From: Candidatus Freyarchaeum deiterrae
GTDB lineage: Archaea > Asgardarchaeota > Jordiarchaeia > Jordiarchaeales > Jordiarchaeaceae
Reading direction: 5' to 3'
NCBI GenBank assembly: GCA_037305845.1
Contig: CP147778.1
Location: forward strand, 2,272,001-2,336,000
Length of the DNA: 64,000 nucleotides
Shown here: piece after piece, positions 28,733-39,455 of the stretch
How positions within the stretch are numbered: position 1 is the stretch's first letter
Layout: each line of letters starts with the position of its first letter
Program-made: the position numbers and the translations under genes
The notes under the pieces: model-generated
What the model was told of the DNA's origin: nothing
What the model saw: the letters and a program-made list of their open reading frames with translations, nothing else
Databases searched by the model: none

Positions 28733-30442
28733 ATGGCTGAACTTCTAATAAAAAACGGTTATGTTTATGACCCCACCAACAAAATTGATGGTGAAAAAAT
28801 AGATATCGCAATCAAGAACGGAAAAGTAGTAGAGGCAAGCAAACTTTCAAAAAAAGCCCAAGTTATAGAAGCTACTGGCATGGTTGTAATGCCCGGCGGA
28901 GTGGATATTCACACACATATTGCGGGACCCAAAGTAAACACTGGACGCCAGCTAAGACCCGAAGACCACAGAAAAGATGTGGTACCCAAGGCTCCAGGAT
29001 TGAGATCTGGAACAGGTTACTCGGTTCCAACCACCTTTGTAACCGGTTACAGATATGCTGCTATGGGCTATACAACCTGTATCGAACCAGCAGTGCCACC
29101 CCTCGAAGCACGACACACACATGAAGAATTGAACGATATTCCAATAATTGATAAAGCTTGCTTTCCACTTTTTGGAAACAACTGGTTTGTTTTTGATTAC
29201 ATATCTAACCATGAACCCGATAAATTGGTAGCCTTTGTAGGCTGGCTACTGAGAGCCGCAAAAGGATACGCGGTGAAAATAGTTAACCCCGGCGGCGACG
29301 AAAATTGGGGATGGGGCAAAAACGTAAACAGCCTAGACGAGCCCATAACCCATTTTGAACTCTCACCAAGAGAAATATTAGAAGGACTCGCCTACGCGAA
29401 CGAAAAACTAGGACTACCACACACTATACACGTACACGGTAACAACCTAGGACACCCCGGAAACTATGAAATAACACTCGAAACATTTGAAACCATGAGA
29501 AAAATAAACGCAGCTACAGGAAGAAAAAGTGTAATGCACTTCACACACTGCCAGTTTAACGCATATGCTGGAGAGGATTGGAACACATTCGCATCAGGCG
29601 CAGAACCAATAATAGAATACATAAACACACACGACCACATTACAGTAGACTCAGGCCAAGTCCTCTTCGGAGACACAACCACAATGACCGCAGACGCTCC
29701 CTGGGAATTCGCTCTACACGGAATTAACCATCAAAAGTGGACGAATGCTGATATAGAGTTGGAGACCAGTTCTGGTGTTGTGCCATATGACTTTAGACGT
29801 AAGAACCCTGTTAATGCTGTTCAGTGGGCGATAGGGCTAGAACTCCTGCTGGGTATCACTGATCCTTGGAAAATTTGTACTACTACTGATCATCCAAATG
29901 GTGGGCCATTCTTCAAGTATCCAACATTCTTCACTTGGCTCATGAGCAAGAATGCTCGTAAAGAGATGCTTGAAAAAGCTCACGCCAACGCGTCTCAGAA
30001 AACTAAACTACCTGATTATGATAGAGAATACACTTTCGGTGAGCTTGCTGTAGTTTCGAGGGCTGGAGTTGCAAAGCTTCTGAGTTTGAAGGATAAGGGG
30101 CATCTCGGCGTTGGTGCCGACGGGGATGTTGCAATTTACAACTTTAACCCTGAAACGATGAATCCCTCAACAGACTTCAAAAAATTAGAGAAGGCTCTTG
30201 GAAACGCAGCTTACACGATAAAAGATGGAGCAATCGTAGTTAAGGATGGCAAGGTGGTTTCTTCACCCTTCGGTAAAACCATATGGGCTGACGTTCACTT
30301 GCCCAAGGACCAAGAAGAATCCATCCTTGAGGACATAAAATACAGGTTTACTTACCAGTATAGTGTAACTCTGAGAAACTATCCAGTTCAGACTGAATAT
30401 TTGCCAAAATCCATGGCGATAACAGTGGGTGATTCTAACTAA
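28733..30442 (+). CDS. fwdA: Formylmethanofuran dehydrogenase subunit A
   Basis: GGVDIHTHIAGPKVN, KIVNPGG and TTDHPNGGPF motifs. Start placed at MAELL. Confidence 0.96.
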   Translation: MAELLIKNGYVYDPTNKIDGEKIDIAIKNGKVVEASKLSKKAQVIEATGMVVMPGGVDIHTHIAGPKVNTGRQLRPEDHRKDVVPKAPGLRSGTGYSVPTTFVTGYRYAAMGYTTCIEPAVPPLEARHTHEELNDIPIIDKACFPLFGNNWFVFDYISNHEPDKLVAFVGWLLRAAKGYAVKIVNPGGDENWGWGKNVNSLDEPITHFELSPREILEGLAYANEKLGLPHTIHVHGNNLGHPGNYEITLETFETMRKINAATGRKSVMHFTHCQFNAYAGEDWNTFASGAEPIIEYINTHDHITVDSGQVLFGDTTTMTADAPWEFALHGINHQKWTNADIELETSSGVVPYDFRRKNPVNAVQWAIGLELLLGITDPWKICTTTDHPNGGPFFKYPTFFTWLMSKNARKEMLEKAHANASQKTKLPDYDREYTFGELAVVSRAGVAKLLSLKDKGHLGVGADGDVAIYNFNPETMNPSTDFKKLEKALGNAAYTIKDGAIVVKDGKVVSSPFGKTIWADVHLPKDQEESILEDIKYRFTYQYSVTLRNYPVQTEYLPKSMAITVGDSN

Positions 30443-30457
30443 GATGAGGTGGTGTGG

Positions 30458-31285
30458 ATGGCAACAATTGAGTTGACTCCTCTTGAACAAACTAAAATTC
30501 CAATTGAAGCTGAGGCTATAAGCCCTGATAATTTTGCAGGTAAAACCGTTGAGGAAATCAAAAAACTTGATGTTTGGAGAGGTAACCGCAAGAAGAAACT
30601 TGGAGAATTATTCAAGATTGCTGGTGAAACCGCAAAGTCTGCAGGGGAAATATCTATAGTAATTAATGGGGATGTGCCCAGCTTGAAACGTATAGGGCAG
30701 GGCATGACTGCAGGAGAAATTATTATCAAGGGTAAAGTTGGCATGCATGTGGGTGCAATGATGAAGGGTGGTAAAATCACGGTGGAAAAGGATGCGGATC
30801 ACTGGGCTGGAGCTGAGATGCAGGCAGGAGAGATACATATTAAGGGTAATGCTGGGAATTATCTGGGTGCAGCTTATCGTGGTTCTTACGAGGGAATGAC
30901 ACGGCTTGAGAAGGGTGTTCAGGGAAATATAATAGTTGATGGTAACGCGGGAAGCGAAGCAGCATCACGCATGACTGATGGAAAAGTAATAATAAAAGGA
31001 AATATTGGTGCTTTTGCAGGTCTCCATATGTCAGGTGGATACATGATAATCTATGGCAATGCTCAGGAGCGAGCCGGTGGAGAGATGACCAAGGGAAAAA
31101 TCGTCGTACTTGGAAAATTATCCGAGCTACTACCTACTTTTAAATTCGAGGAAGAGGTTCCCGAAGTAGAGCTAGACGGTGAGAAGGTTAAAGGGCCTTT
31201 CCTAAGGTTCTCCGGTGACCTTTCGGAAGAAGGTAAAGGATCACTCTACGTGTCAAAGAAAAACAACACCAATTTCGCAACCTAA
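30458..31285 (+). CDS. fwdC: Formylmethanofuran dehydrogenase subunit C
   Basis: ISPDNFAG and GXGXG beta-helix repeats. Confidence 0.95.
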   Translation: MATIELTPLEQTKIPIEAEAISPDNFAGKTVEEIKKLDVWRGNRKKKLGELFKIAGETAKSAGEISIVINGDVPSLKRIGQGMTAGEIIIKGKVGMHVGAMMKGGKITVEKDADHWAGAEMQAGEIHIKGNAGNYLGAAYRGSYEGMTRLEKGVQGNIIVDGNAGSEAASRMTDGKVIIKGNIGAFAGLHMSGGYMIIYGNAQERAGGEMTKGKIVVLGKLSELLPTFKFEEEVPEVELDGEKVKGPFLRFSGDLSEEGKGSLYVSKKNNTNFAT

Positions 31286-31309
31286 AATGAGAGAATGTGA
31301 GGGAGGAGA

Positions 31310-32272
31310 ATGGTTATCAGCGTGAATCAGCAAGCAAAGTTACTTGTAGACAGAATGATAGAAAACGCTCAATTGATACAAGTAGAAGCAACCGAAACTG
31401 GGAACGGTGCACATATAATCGATGCCGGAATTAAAGCCAAGGGAAGCATCAATGCGGGAGAGTCTGTTACGAAGACATGTCTGGGAGGGTTGGGAAAAGC
31501 TAAGGTTGTCACAGCGCAGTACGGCGATGTTCTTCTTCCGTCTGTGATGGTTTCAACAAACTATCCTCCTATATCTACACTTGGATCTCAGTTTGCTGGT
31601 TGGAGAATCACTGACAAGGCAGAGAAATTTTTCGGTATGGGTTCAGGACCGGCGAGAGCTCTTTCATTAAAGCCCAAGAAAATATACGAGGAAATAGATT
31701 ACCAGGACGAGTCGGATGTTGCAGTACTGTTTCTTGAAGCTGACAAAATGCCAAACGACGAAATTGTGGAAGTCATTGCTGAAGGATGCAAAGTTGAACC
31801 TAGTCAGGTATACCTGGTAGTTGCCCCTACAAGCAGTATGGTTGGATCAATCCAAATCTCTGGAAGAGTGGTCGAAACAGGAATACACAAAATATCGGAG
31901 TCCGGTTTAGATCCCAAGAAAATCATATACGCCAATGGAAGTGCACCCATAGCGCCCATTCATCCTGACAACACAAAGGCTATGGGAAGAACTAACGACA
32001 TGATAATAGCTGCGGGGCACGTAACTCTATTCGTAGACTCGGAGGACGATGAAGAGCTTGAGGAGATTGTAAAGAAAACCCCATCCAGCGCTTCAAAGAG
32101 TTACGGGAAACCCTTCTACCAAACATTCAAAGAGGCAAAATTCGACTTCTACAAGATTGACCCGGGAATCTTCGCACCTGCAAGCATCTTGGTGAACAAC
32201 ATCAAGACAGGCAAATCCTACACTGCAGGCAAAATAGATATTCCTCTACTCAAAAACTCAATAGGAATCTAA
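31310..32272 (+). CDS. mch: Methenyl-H4MPT cyclohydrolase
   Basis: SQFAGW, MGSGPARAL, QISGRVVETG and DFYKIDP motifs. Confidence 0.96.
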   Translation: MVISVNQQAKLLVDRMIENAQLIQVEATETGNGAHIIDAGIKAKGSINAGESVTKTCLGGLGKAKVVTAQYGDVLLPSVMVSTNYPPISTLGSQFAGWRITDKAEKFFGMGSGPARALSLKPKKIYEEIDYQDESDVAVLFLEADKMPNDEIVEVIAEGCKVEPSQVYLVVAPTSSMVGSIQISGRVVETGIHKISESGLDPKKIIYANGSAPIAPIHPDNTKAMGRTNDMIIAAGHVTLFVDSEDDEELEEIVKKTPSSASKSYGKPFYQTFKEAKFDFYKIDPGIFAPASILVNNIKTGKSYTAGKIDIPLLKNSIGI

Positions 32273-32420
32273 AAATATAACTCCTTTTTCTTTTACAATA
32301 AAATAAGATTACGACCTGATAGTATTATTTTTTGCCTGCCTTAATTGTTTGTCTAAAATAATAAAATTGATCAAAATGGCTTAATCGTTTTTTGATAATA
32401 AAAATGAAATTGAATTGAGT

Positions 32421-33620
32421 TTAGAATAACTCGTATTCTCTCTGCATGAATCCTTTCCAGATGTTCGGCATATCTTGCATTACTTCTTCAGCGATAGCCT
32501 CTGCAGTGTCCTTAACAGCATTTATCGATCCTTCCATGTTTAGCTCTAGGTTGATTCCTTGGGGTTCAGTTATCGGAGCGCCTATTTGACTCACTATGTA
32601 CACTGACACGTTTTCCACTTTTGGTTCTTCCTTCACTAGAGTGTCCGCAATTCTCCGAGCAGCGGTATTGTACGTTTTCCCAACGTGTGTCACTGGGTTC
32701 TTCCCTGCTGTCGCCTCAAGAGTCATAGGTCTGTAAGGAGTAATCAAACCGTTTGCACGATTACCTCTACCAACTTGTCCATCGTCACCATGTTCAGCTG
32801 AAGTACCCGTCACGGTGAGGTACATTAAATCATTTTTAATTACGTCCGCTGTGTTTACGTATACGTTTACATCCATATCTGTGATTTTTGAAGCCAGGTT
32901 TAATGCCCATTCTTTGATTTCATCTTTTACACTAATATAACTGTCTTTGTCCGGGGTTTCACTGGATATTATTGCAGTTGCTACTGTTAGATTGATTGTG
33001 TTATTGCGTCTTACACCCATAACTTTTATGTCTTCGCCGACGGCCGGGCATTTTTGCTTGCATTCTGGCGAGTTCAGAGTTTTTTCTGTCTGATATACTA
33101 GTGTCTCGGTTTCTGTGAATGGTGCGAAGGAAACACCGAAACTTGTGTCATTTGCTCTGGGGATTTCGGGCGTCTGATCAAAGTTTCCCACTAGGTCAAC
33201 GCTGCCTGGTTTAATTTTGTAATCCACAATCAAGTCGCAGTTGACGTCAAGGTGTGGGAGCGTTTCGGCTATCCACTCTTTAGTGTGTCCGACGGCGAAT
33301 TTTCCTACGGGAACCTTTTTTGAAGAGTCGTGGCCTACCTGCACTGTTGCTCTACCTACTAAGAGTAGATATATTGGTTCCAGAATATCCCCGCCGCCAA
33401 GTCTGGCGTTAGACTGTCCACCGACCAGTACGCATTTGTCAACATTGTGGTGGAGTACACGTCCAAAGTTTTCAAGGTAGTACTCGCTGAGTGATATGCT
33501 TAGTTCTTCCGAAGCTCTATCACAGATGGAGTCTGGGTGACCTTTTCCCTTGCGTTCAACCATTTCCATTGGTAGATGAGAGGGGGGTAAACCCTGTGCT
33601 TTGCTTACTTCTAGATTCAT
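32421..33620 (-). CDS. mat: S-adenosylmethionine synthetase (archaeal type)
   Basis: VERKGKGHPD, ANDTSFG, GRGNRANGLITP and GKNPVTHVGK motifs. Confidence 0.96.
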   Translation of the reverse strand: MNLEVSKAQGLPPSHLPMEMVERKGKGHPDSICDRASEELSISLSEYYLENFGRVLHHNVDKCVLVGGQSNARLGGGDILEPIYLLLVGRATVQVGHDSSKKVPVGKFAVGHTKEWIAETLPHLDVNCDLIVDYKIKPGSVDLVGNFDQTPEIPRANDTSFGVSFAPFTETETLVYQTEKTLNSPECKQKCPAVGEDIKVMGVRRNNTINLTVATAIISSETPDKDSYISVKDEIKEWALNLASKITDMDVNVYVNTADVIKNDLMYLTVTGTSAEHGDDGQVGRGNRANGLITPYRPMTLEATAGKNPVTHVGKTYNTAARRIADTLVKEEPKVENVSVYIVSQIGAPITEPQGINLELNMEGSINAVKDTAEAIAEEVMQDMPNIWKGFMQREYELF

Positions 33621-34025
33621 TTCCAACACCTTTCAAAACTTAAACTCAATGAACTTAATTAATGTTTTTCTTAAGTCGTTCAATTTTTTAAATTTTGGTT
33701 TAGGTTTCACCCCTATTTTTTACACCTTTATCAATTTTTGTAAACCCTTTTTCCAAGTTTCTGTTCAATTTAAGTAGAGTTTGTTTTTATTGCTTTTTAA
33801 TGAACGGGGTTCTCGATGTACAGAATTCAGTTTTATTCCGTTTAATAATATTTAAATCATACTTCTATGCCTTTTTAAGCATATACATATTCGGAAAACT
33901 AGGAAAAGCAGAAAGAAGTTACATCAACTTCTGGAAAAAATTATTAAAATGTAAGAAATCTCCTAAAAAAATACTTATTTTATGAATTTTCCGGGTTCTT
34001 GAATTAAAAAATAGAGAAGGGGGAT

Positions 34026-34859
34026 TTAAGCTGGTTTTTCAGCGAGAGCGGTCTTTTTTACTATTTCGCCCGATTTTTTGTGAGGTTGTCTCAGCACTGT
34101 GTCTCCGGTTTTCTCTAGTTCTCGCGCCTCATCCGCTAATTTTGCGGCAACTCTCATCATTTCGTGTGCACTGGCAATGATTGGGATGTACTTTTCCGCT
34201 TCCTGTATTTTGAAGCAACCTTCAACATTCAGGTCAGCAACTTTACAAGCAATCTCATAAGCTGCCAAAGCTTTTGCCTTAGCGTAGGGATTCCTGAAGT
34301 TCAACGCGTCTACTGCTGTATCTTTATTGATTACTACTCGGGGAAGTTCTGGTTTCTCTCCTTTCTTTATTTGTTCAATAACCGAGTCTATCTCGTGATA
34401 TATCACAGAGAATGCACCTGTGGCAGCTAGAACACGGATAACATCTGAATTGAAGAGCGCCATCTCAGTTGGATCCAAGAATTCTCTTCGAGCTCCAATC
34501 ATTGAATCGGCGTTCACAATTATGTAACCCTGGTTTTTAGCTTCCACATCTTCCTTACACTTTTTTCCCGGAGCGTCCGAAACAACTATCAGAGGAATTC
34601 CCGCATCAGCCATTATCTCCCGAACCTTTCCAGGACCGGGTAAAGCCGCATTCGGACTCACTGTAATAACCAGATTCGGCTCAAAATCAAGAATCTTCTT
34701 AGCAGTCTCCTCAGCCTGTTCCGGGTTGAGCTTAGCTCCAGAACTCACCACCCGGACATCGATATCGTTTCTATCAGCTCTCTCATCTAAAAGAAGCTCC
34801 AGTAGCGGAGCAGAACCGATGTTTCCTAGCTTCACAAATCCTATTTTGACAACATCCAT
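34026..34859 (-). CDS. mtd: F420-dependent methylene-H4MPT dehydrogenase
   Basis: KLGNIG, LLDERADR and MIGARREFLDPTEMA motifs. Confidence 0.96.
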   Translation of the reverse strand: MDVVKIGFVKLGNIGSAPLLELLLDERADRNDIDVRVVSSGAKLNPEQAEETAKKILDFEPNLVITVSPNAALPGPGKVREIMADAGIPLIVVSDAPGKKCKEDVEAKNQGYIIVNADSMIGARREFLDPTEMALFNSDVIRVLAATGAFSVIYHEIDSVIEQIKKGEKPELPRVVINKDTAVDALNFRNPYAKAKALAAYEIACKVADLNVEGCFKIQEAEKYIPIIASAHEMMRVAAKLADEARELEKTGDTVLRQPHKKSGEIVKKTALAEKPA

Positions 34860-35141
34860 AATATCACCATCTCTTTAAATTACTGTCATATACAGCCTTT
34901 CGTATAAACCACTATAAAAATATATTACACTCTCAAGCTCTTTGAGGCGCTATTTTTTGAGGCGTAGTGTACTATTTTTAAGGTAATAGATTAAGTTTAT
35001 TGTTTCCTTCCTCCAAAGAGCTTAAAAACTTTAACAATTCACTTATATTAAAATTGAATTTGATATTAACTTCAGAAAAAGACATAAATGTCTAACAACT
35101 ATCTTGAGAAGTTAAGATAGATAGATACGTGGAGGTTATGA

Positions 35142-36026
35142 GTGTTGGCGGAAGTTGTTGACACCTTTGCGGAAGGTTTCACTCTCTGGATGAGTAGAAT
35201 TCTAATAACTGCGAAAAATGAGAAATGGGCGAGAATAGCTGCTAATGTCGTCACAGGATTCGCAACCTCAGCGATAGGTTGCCCCTGTGAGGCTAGCGTC
35301 GATAAAGAGGTTCCCGCAAGTGGAACACCGGATAAGCGTCCTGGAATAATTGTAATGCTCTGCGCTTCAAAAAACAATCTTGAGAAAGTGCTTATAGATC
35401 GAATAGGACAGTGCATACTCACCTGCCCCACAACCGCGGTTTTTGATGCCCTAGGCGAGGAGCCTGAGTTGACTTTTGACACTGGGAACAAAATGAAATA
35501 CTTTGGCGACGGATTCCAGACAAAGGGTGAAGTTGCAGGTAAAGAGGTCTACAAGATACCGGTAATGGAAGGAGAATTTATTATTGAGAATAACTTCGGC
35601 GCTAAAAAAGGTGTGGCTGGAGGAAACTTCTTCATACTAGCGGAGAACGAAGATAAGGGACTGGCTGCCGCGGAAGCCGCAGTTGAAGCAATTAAAAAAA
35701 TAGAAAAAGTTATCCTACCATTCCCAGGAGGAATATGCAGAAGCGGAAGCAAAGTCGGGTCGCTTAAGTACAAATTCATGCATGCTACAACAAACCAAAA
35801 ATACTGCCCGACCCTAAAAGGCCAGATAGAGGACTCCGAATTACCAGACAATGTAAACGCTGTTTACGAACTGGTAATAAACGGATTAACAATAGACCTC
35901 GTAAAACAAGCGATGTCCGCTGGAATAAAAGCAGTCAAAAAAATGCCTGGCGTGAAAAAGATTACCGCTGGAAACTATGGAGGAGAACTCGGAAAACACT
36001 TCATCTACCTGAAGGAACTCGTATAG
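35142..36026 (+). CDS. ftr: Formylmethanofuran:H4MPT formyltransferase
   Basis: DTFAEGF, RIGQCILTCPTTA, SGSKVGS and AGNYGG motifs. Confidence 0.96.
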   Translation: MLAEVVDTFAEGFTLWMSRILITAKNEKWARIAANVVTGFATSAIGCPCEASVDKEVPASGTPDKRPGIIVMLCASKNNLEKVLIDRIGQCILTCPTTAVFDALGEEPELTFDTGNKMKYFGDGFQTKGEVAGKEVYKIPVMEGEFIIENNFGAKKGVAGGNFFILAENEDKGLAAAEAAVEAIKKIEKVILPFPGGICRSGSKVGSLKYKFMHATTNQKYCPTLKGQIEDSELPDNVNAVYELVINGLTIDLVKQAMSAGIKAVKKMPGVKKITAGNYGGELGKHFIYLKELV

Positions 36027-36489
36027 AAACACGCCACCATTTCTTACTTTTTTTAATTCACATTACCGAATACTGGTAATCCCCGACATCCTCTAAAAAC
36101 TAGAATAATTAACTTTTTTTAAAACTCAACCATTGTTTAAAATGTGTTTGTACAGAAACCCCACACTAATCCATCTACGCTTCTCTAATTATGCAGACTA
36201 CTCGCATCTCTACACCCTTTAAGTGTTTGAGGTTATTAAGCTGTGGAGATTAACAAAGGGTATGTCACCGCCTTATTAAGTTCATTAAGATGCAGAAGCC
36301 GTTTACCATATTTAAACAGCCAAGTAGGTTTGAGCCTTTTTCTTATAGCTTATAACTGCTATCTTTATCAGAATTATCAAGTGTCTTCATTGGTCTCATA
36401 ATTCTTCCATAAAGTTTAAAACCCAAAAAAACCGTCGTTAGTCGGATTCAATTTGATTATACTGCGCAAGTTTATGGAGGAAATAAATA

Positions 36490-38853
36490 ATGACTAAAAC
36501 CTCTGGATATTTGAAAGCAGACGAACTCAAGACACCTCTAGCAGCATTCAAAAACCTAGAGGTGCAAATAGGAAAAGTACTAGTTGAAGAAGAAGAATGG
36601 GAACCCATGGGACCCACTCCCAAACCCACTCTGACTCAGCTTAGATCTTGGTCGATAGATAAGCTTCTTAAGAGGTATCGCCCCTTTTACTCTCCATTCT
36701 GTGACCGCTGCTGTCTCTGTACATATGGTCACTGTGACCTAACAGCAGGAAAGCGCGGCGCATGCGGAATCAACATCGAAGACACCCAAGGCAGAACAAT
36801 TCTCTTGGCCTGCACCATAGGTGCTTCGGCTCACGCTGGACACGCGAGGCACATGCTTCACGACCTCATACAAAGAGTCGGCCCAGACTACCCCATCGAT
36901 ATGGGTAACGATATCGCTGTTGAAGCACCCATAATCCGTAACATACTCGGCATAAGACCCCAGAAATTGAGCGACTTGGAGGAAGTTATGGACTATGTTG
37001 AAAACCAGATAGTGCAGGGAGTCGCCGCTTGCCACACCGGGCAAGAGGGGAGTTACCTTGACTTCGAGGCTAAGGCTTTGCACATCGGTCTGATGGACTT
37101 CGTGGGAATGGAAGCAGCCGACATACTCCAGATAACAGCGCTGAACTTCCCGAAGGGTGAAGGCGACGCGCCTCTGGTGGATATCGGTCTGGGTTGCATG
37201 AGTACCGAAAAACCTATGATTCTAGTAGTAGGTCACAACGTCATCCCGAGCGTTGGTGTCATGGACTATATGCATGAACACAATCTAGAAGAAAACTTGG
37301 AGCTGGCTGGAATATGCTGCACCGCTCTGGACATAACCCGATATAATGCTCGGTATAAGGTTGTGGGCTCAATGGCACGCCAGTTGACCTTTGTCAGATC
37401 CGGTATCCCGGATGTCGTGATGGTAGATGAACAATGTGTCCGAACGGACCTTCTTGAAGAAGCGGCTAAGGTCAAGTCGGCATTCATAGCTACAAACGAG
37501 AAGAACTGTCTAGGATTAAAAGACAGAACCTTCGACCCAGTTCAGGACATTGTTGATGACCTGGTCAAGTACGCCACAGCCGGTGAGGCGAATGGTGCAC
37601 TCATATTTGACGGTAATAAAGCTGGCGAAGTCGCTGTGAGAACCGCCATGAAACTATTCCCCATGAGAAAGAAGTTCAAGAATGTTCCCAGCGAGGAACA
37701 GGTTGTAGAATACGCCAAACTATGTACCGAGTGTTACGATTGTGAGAGAGCTTGCCCGAATGACTCGCCCACCACAGAAGCGGTGAGGGCTGCTGCTGAG
37801 GGAGACCTGACCCCGCTTGAGGCCCTATACGAAGACTGTGTTGGGTGCGGCAGATGCAACGTCGTATGTAAAAAAGGTGTACCAGTCAAAGAAATGATTG
37901 ATGCGGCAGCTCAGAAAGAGATCAAGAGCGACGTTTATAAGGTAAGGGTTGGACGCGGTCCTGTTAAAGACACTGAGATCCGAAACGTTGGAGCTCCTAT
38001 AGTTTTGGGCGAAATTCCAGGTGTTATAGCTTACGTGGGTTGCGCGAACTATCCCAATGGACCAAAAGAGGTAGCTTTGATGGCTGAGGAGTTTCTCAGG
38101 AGAAGGTACATAGTAGTGGTCAGCGGTTGCTCAGCCATGGACATAGGTAGATACAAGGACGAAGAAGGTCTTACACTCTACGAGAAATATACCGGTGAAT
38201 TCGACGCCGGAGGACTTGTGAACGTTGGTTCCTGTGTAGCCAACAGTCACATAGTAGGGGCTGCAATAAAGATTGCAAACATATTCGCTAGAAGACCACT
38301 CAGAGCGAATTTTGAGGAGATTGCAGACTACGTTCTTAACCGGGTGGGTGCCTGTGGTGTGGCTTGGGGTGCCTACAGTCAGAAGGCAGCTTCCATAGCA
38401 ACTGGAGTCAACATGTACGGCATACCGGTAATTGTGGGACCACACGGATCCAAGTACCGAAGAATGTATCTTGGCCGGAGTGACAAAGACGAAGACTGGA
38501 ACGTCTACAATGCAAGAACCGGTGAAAAGGTATATATTGGTCCTTGTCCAGAGCACCTGATACTTGCTGCTGAAAACATGGACGAGTGTATTGTGGAGAC
38601 TGCGAAGCTGTGCTTGAGGCCTAACGACACCTTTAAGGGTAGGGCGATTAAGCTCAGCCACTGGATCGACCTATACCGCAGGAAGTACGGAAAGGACTTC
38701 CCAGACGATATTCACAAGTACATTAGGGTTGAAGGTGATATACCAGTCACTTTCAAGGAGGATCTCGTAAGAGTGCTCAAGGACTGGAACTGGAAGCCCA
38801 CCGAGATACCAGACCCTACACTGCTCGAAAGACTCGTAAAAGTCAAAAAGTAA
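36490..38853 (+). CDS. cdhA: CO dehydrogenase/acetyl-CoA synthase alpha subunit
   Basis: WEPMGPTP, CCLCTYGHC, GSCVAN and WGAYSQKA motifs. Confidence 0.97.
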   Translation: MTKTSGYLKADELKTPLAAFKNLEVQIGKVLVEEEEWEPMGPTPKPTLTQLRSWSIDKLLKRYRPFYSPFCDRCCLCTYGHCDLTAGKRGACGINIEDTQGRTILLACTIGASAHAGHARHMLHDLIQRVGPDYPIDMGNDIAVEAPIIRNILGIRPQKLSDLEEVMDYVENQIVQGVAACHTGQEGSYLDFEAKALHIGLMDFVGMEAADILQITALNFPKGEGDAPLVDIGLGCMSTEKPMILVVGHNVIPSVGVMDYMHEHNLEENLELAGICCTALDITRYNARYKVVGSMARQLTFVRSGIPDVVMVDEQCVRTDLLEEAAKVKSAFIATNEKNCLGLKDRTFDPVQDIVDDLVKYATAGEANGALIFDGNKAGEVAVRTAMKLFPMRKKFKNVPSEEQVVEYAKLCTECYDCERACPNDSPTTEAVRAAAEGDLTPLEALYEDCVGCGRCNVVCKKGVPVKEMIDAAAQKEIKSDVYKVRVGRGPVKDTEIRNVGAPIVLGEIPGVIAYVGCANYPNGPKEVALMAEEFLRRRYIVVVSGCSAMDIGRYKDEEGLTLYEKYTGEFDAGGLVNVGSCVANSHIVGAAIKIANIFARRPLRANFEEIADYVLNRVGACGVAWGAYSQKAASIATGVNMYGIPVIVGPHGSKYRRMYLGRSDKDEDWNVYNARTGEKVYIGPCPEHLILAAENMDECIVETAKLCLRPNDTFKGRAIKLSHWIDLYRRKYGKDFPDDIHKYIRVEGDIPVTFKEDLVRVLKDWNWKPTEIPDPTLLERLVKVKK

Positions 38854-38872
38854 AGTAAAGGAGGAGATTGTG

Positions 38873-39406
38873 ATGGCTGTTAAAGCACCGACCCCCTGGC
38901 AGACAGGTAATTATGGTGGATCAAAGAACGCTAGCGTTCTGGTTGGCGGAAAGGCTGCTGCTAAAATAATGAAAAAGAAGAGATGCCTGTTGATAGTCAG
39001 TGCTCATGCAATAAGAGAATTGGACGGCAAAAAACTAATCGATTACGCAGTTGAAATCGGCAAAGCCGGAATCCCGATAGTTGCAACCGCAACCATGATT
39101 AAAGAACTTCGAGGTGCGGGATTCAATGATGCAATAGATTTGCAATTGGTTGATATAACAAACAGACTAAAAGACCCAGCATGGATGGGATTGGACGGAA
39201 AAGGACCCTATGACTGTGTAGCCTACTTAGGCGGAATATACTACGTTCAGAGCCAAGTCCTATCTACACTCAAACACTTTTCAGACATTTTGACTATCAG
39301 TCTGGACAGAGAATACCAACCTAACGCCGGTTTTAGTTTCAACAACATAAAGAAAGGAGAATGGAAAAAAGAGTTAGATGATTTAGTATCTGAACTAAAC
39401 GCATAA
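38873..39406 (+). CDS. cdhB: CODH/ACS epsilon subunit
   Basis: WMGLDGKGPYD and LSTLKHF motifs; position in the operon. Confidence 0.93.
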   Translation: MAVKAPTPWQTGNYGGSKNASVLVGGKAAAKIMKKKRCLLIVSAHAIRELDGKKLIDYAVEIGKAGIPIVATATMIKELRGAGFNDAIDLQLVDITNRLKDPAWMGLDGKGPYDCVAYLGGIYYVQSQVLSTLKHFSDILTISLDREYQPNAGFSFNNIKKGEWKKELDDLVSELNA

Positions 39407-39455
39407 TTTATTTTTTTTGAAAAATTAAGATTAATGAAAAAAGGAGGATACCCAA

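Noticed and set aside
30898-30925. Possible in-frame 18-nt intron explaining the extra residues in FwdC (GMTRLEKGVQG)
   Set aside because: Central helix needs a G-U pair, flanking helices are weak, the ORF is open without splicing, and the product GMTRG does not restore the usual GMxGG.
37572-37593. CGCC-aca...GGCG-aat motif in cdhA (possible 15-nt in-frame intron)
   Set aside because: No inner or outer helix; such 4-bp matches arise by chance and the ORF is intact.
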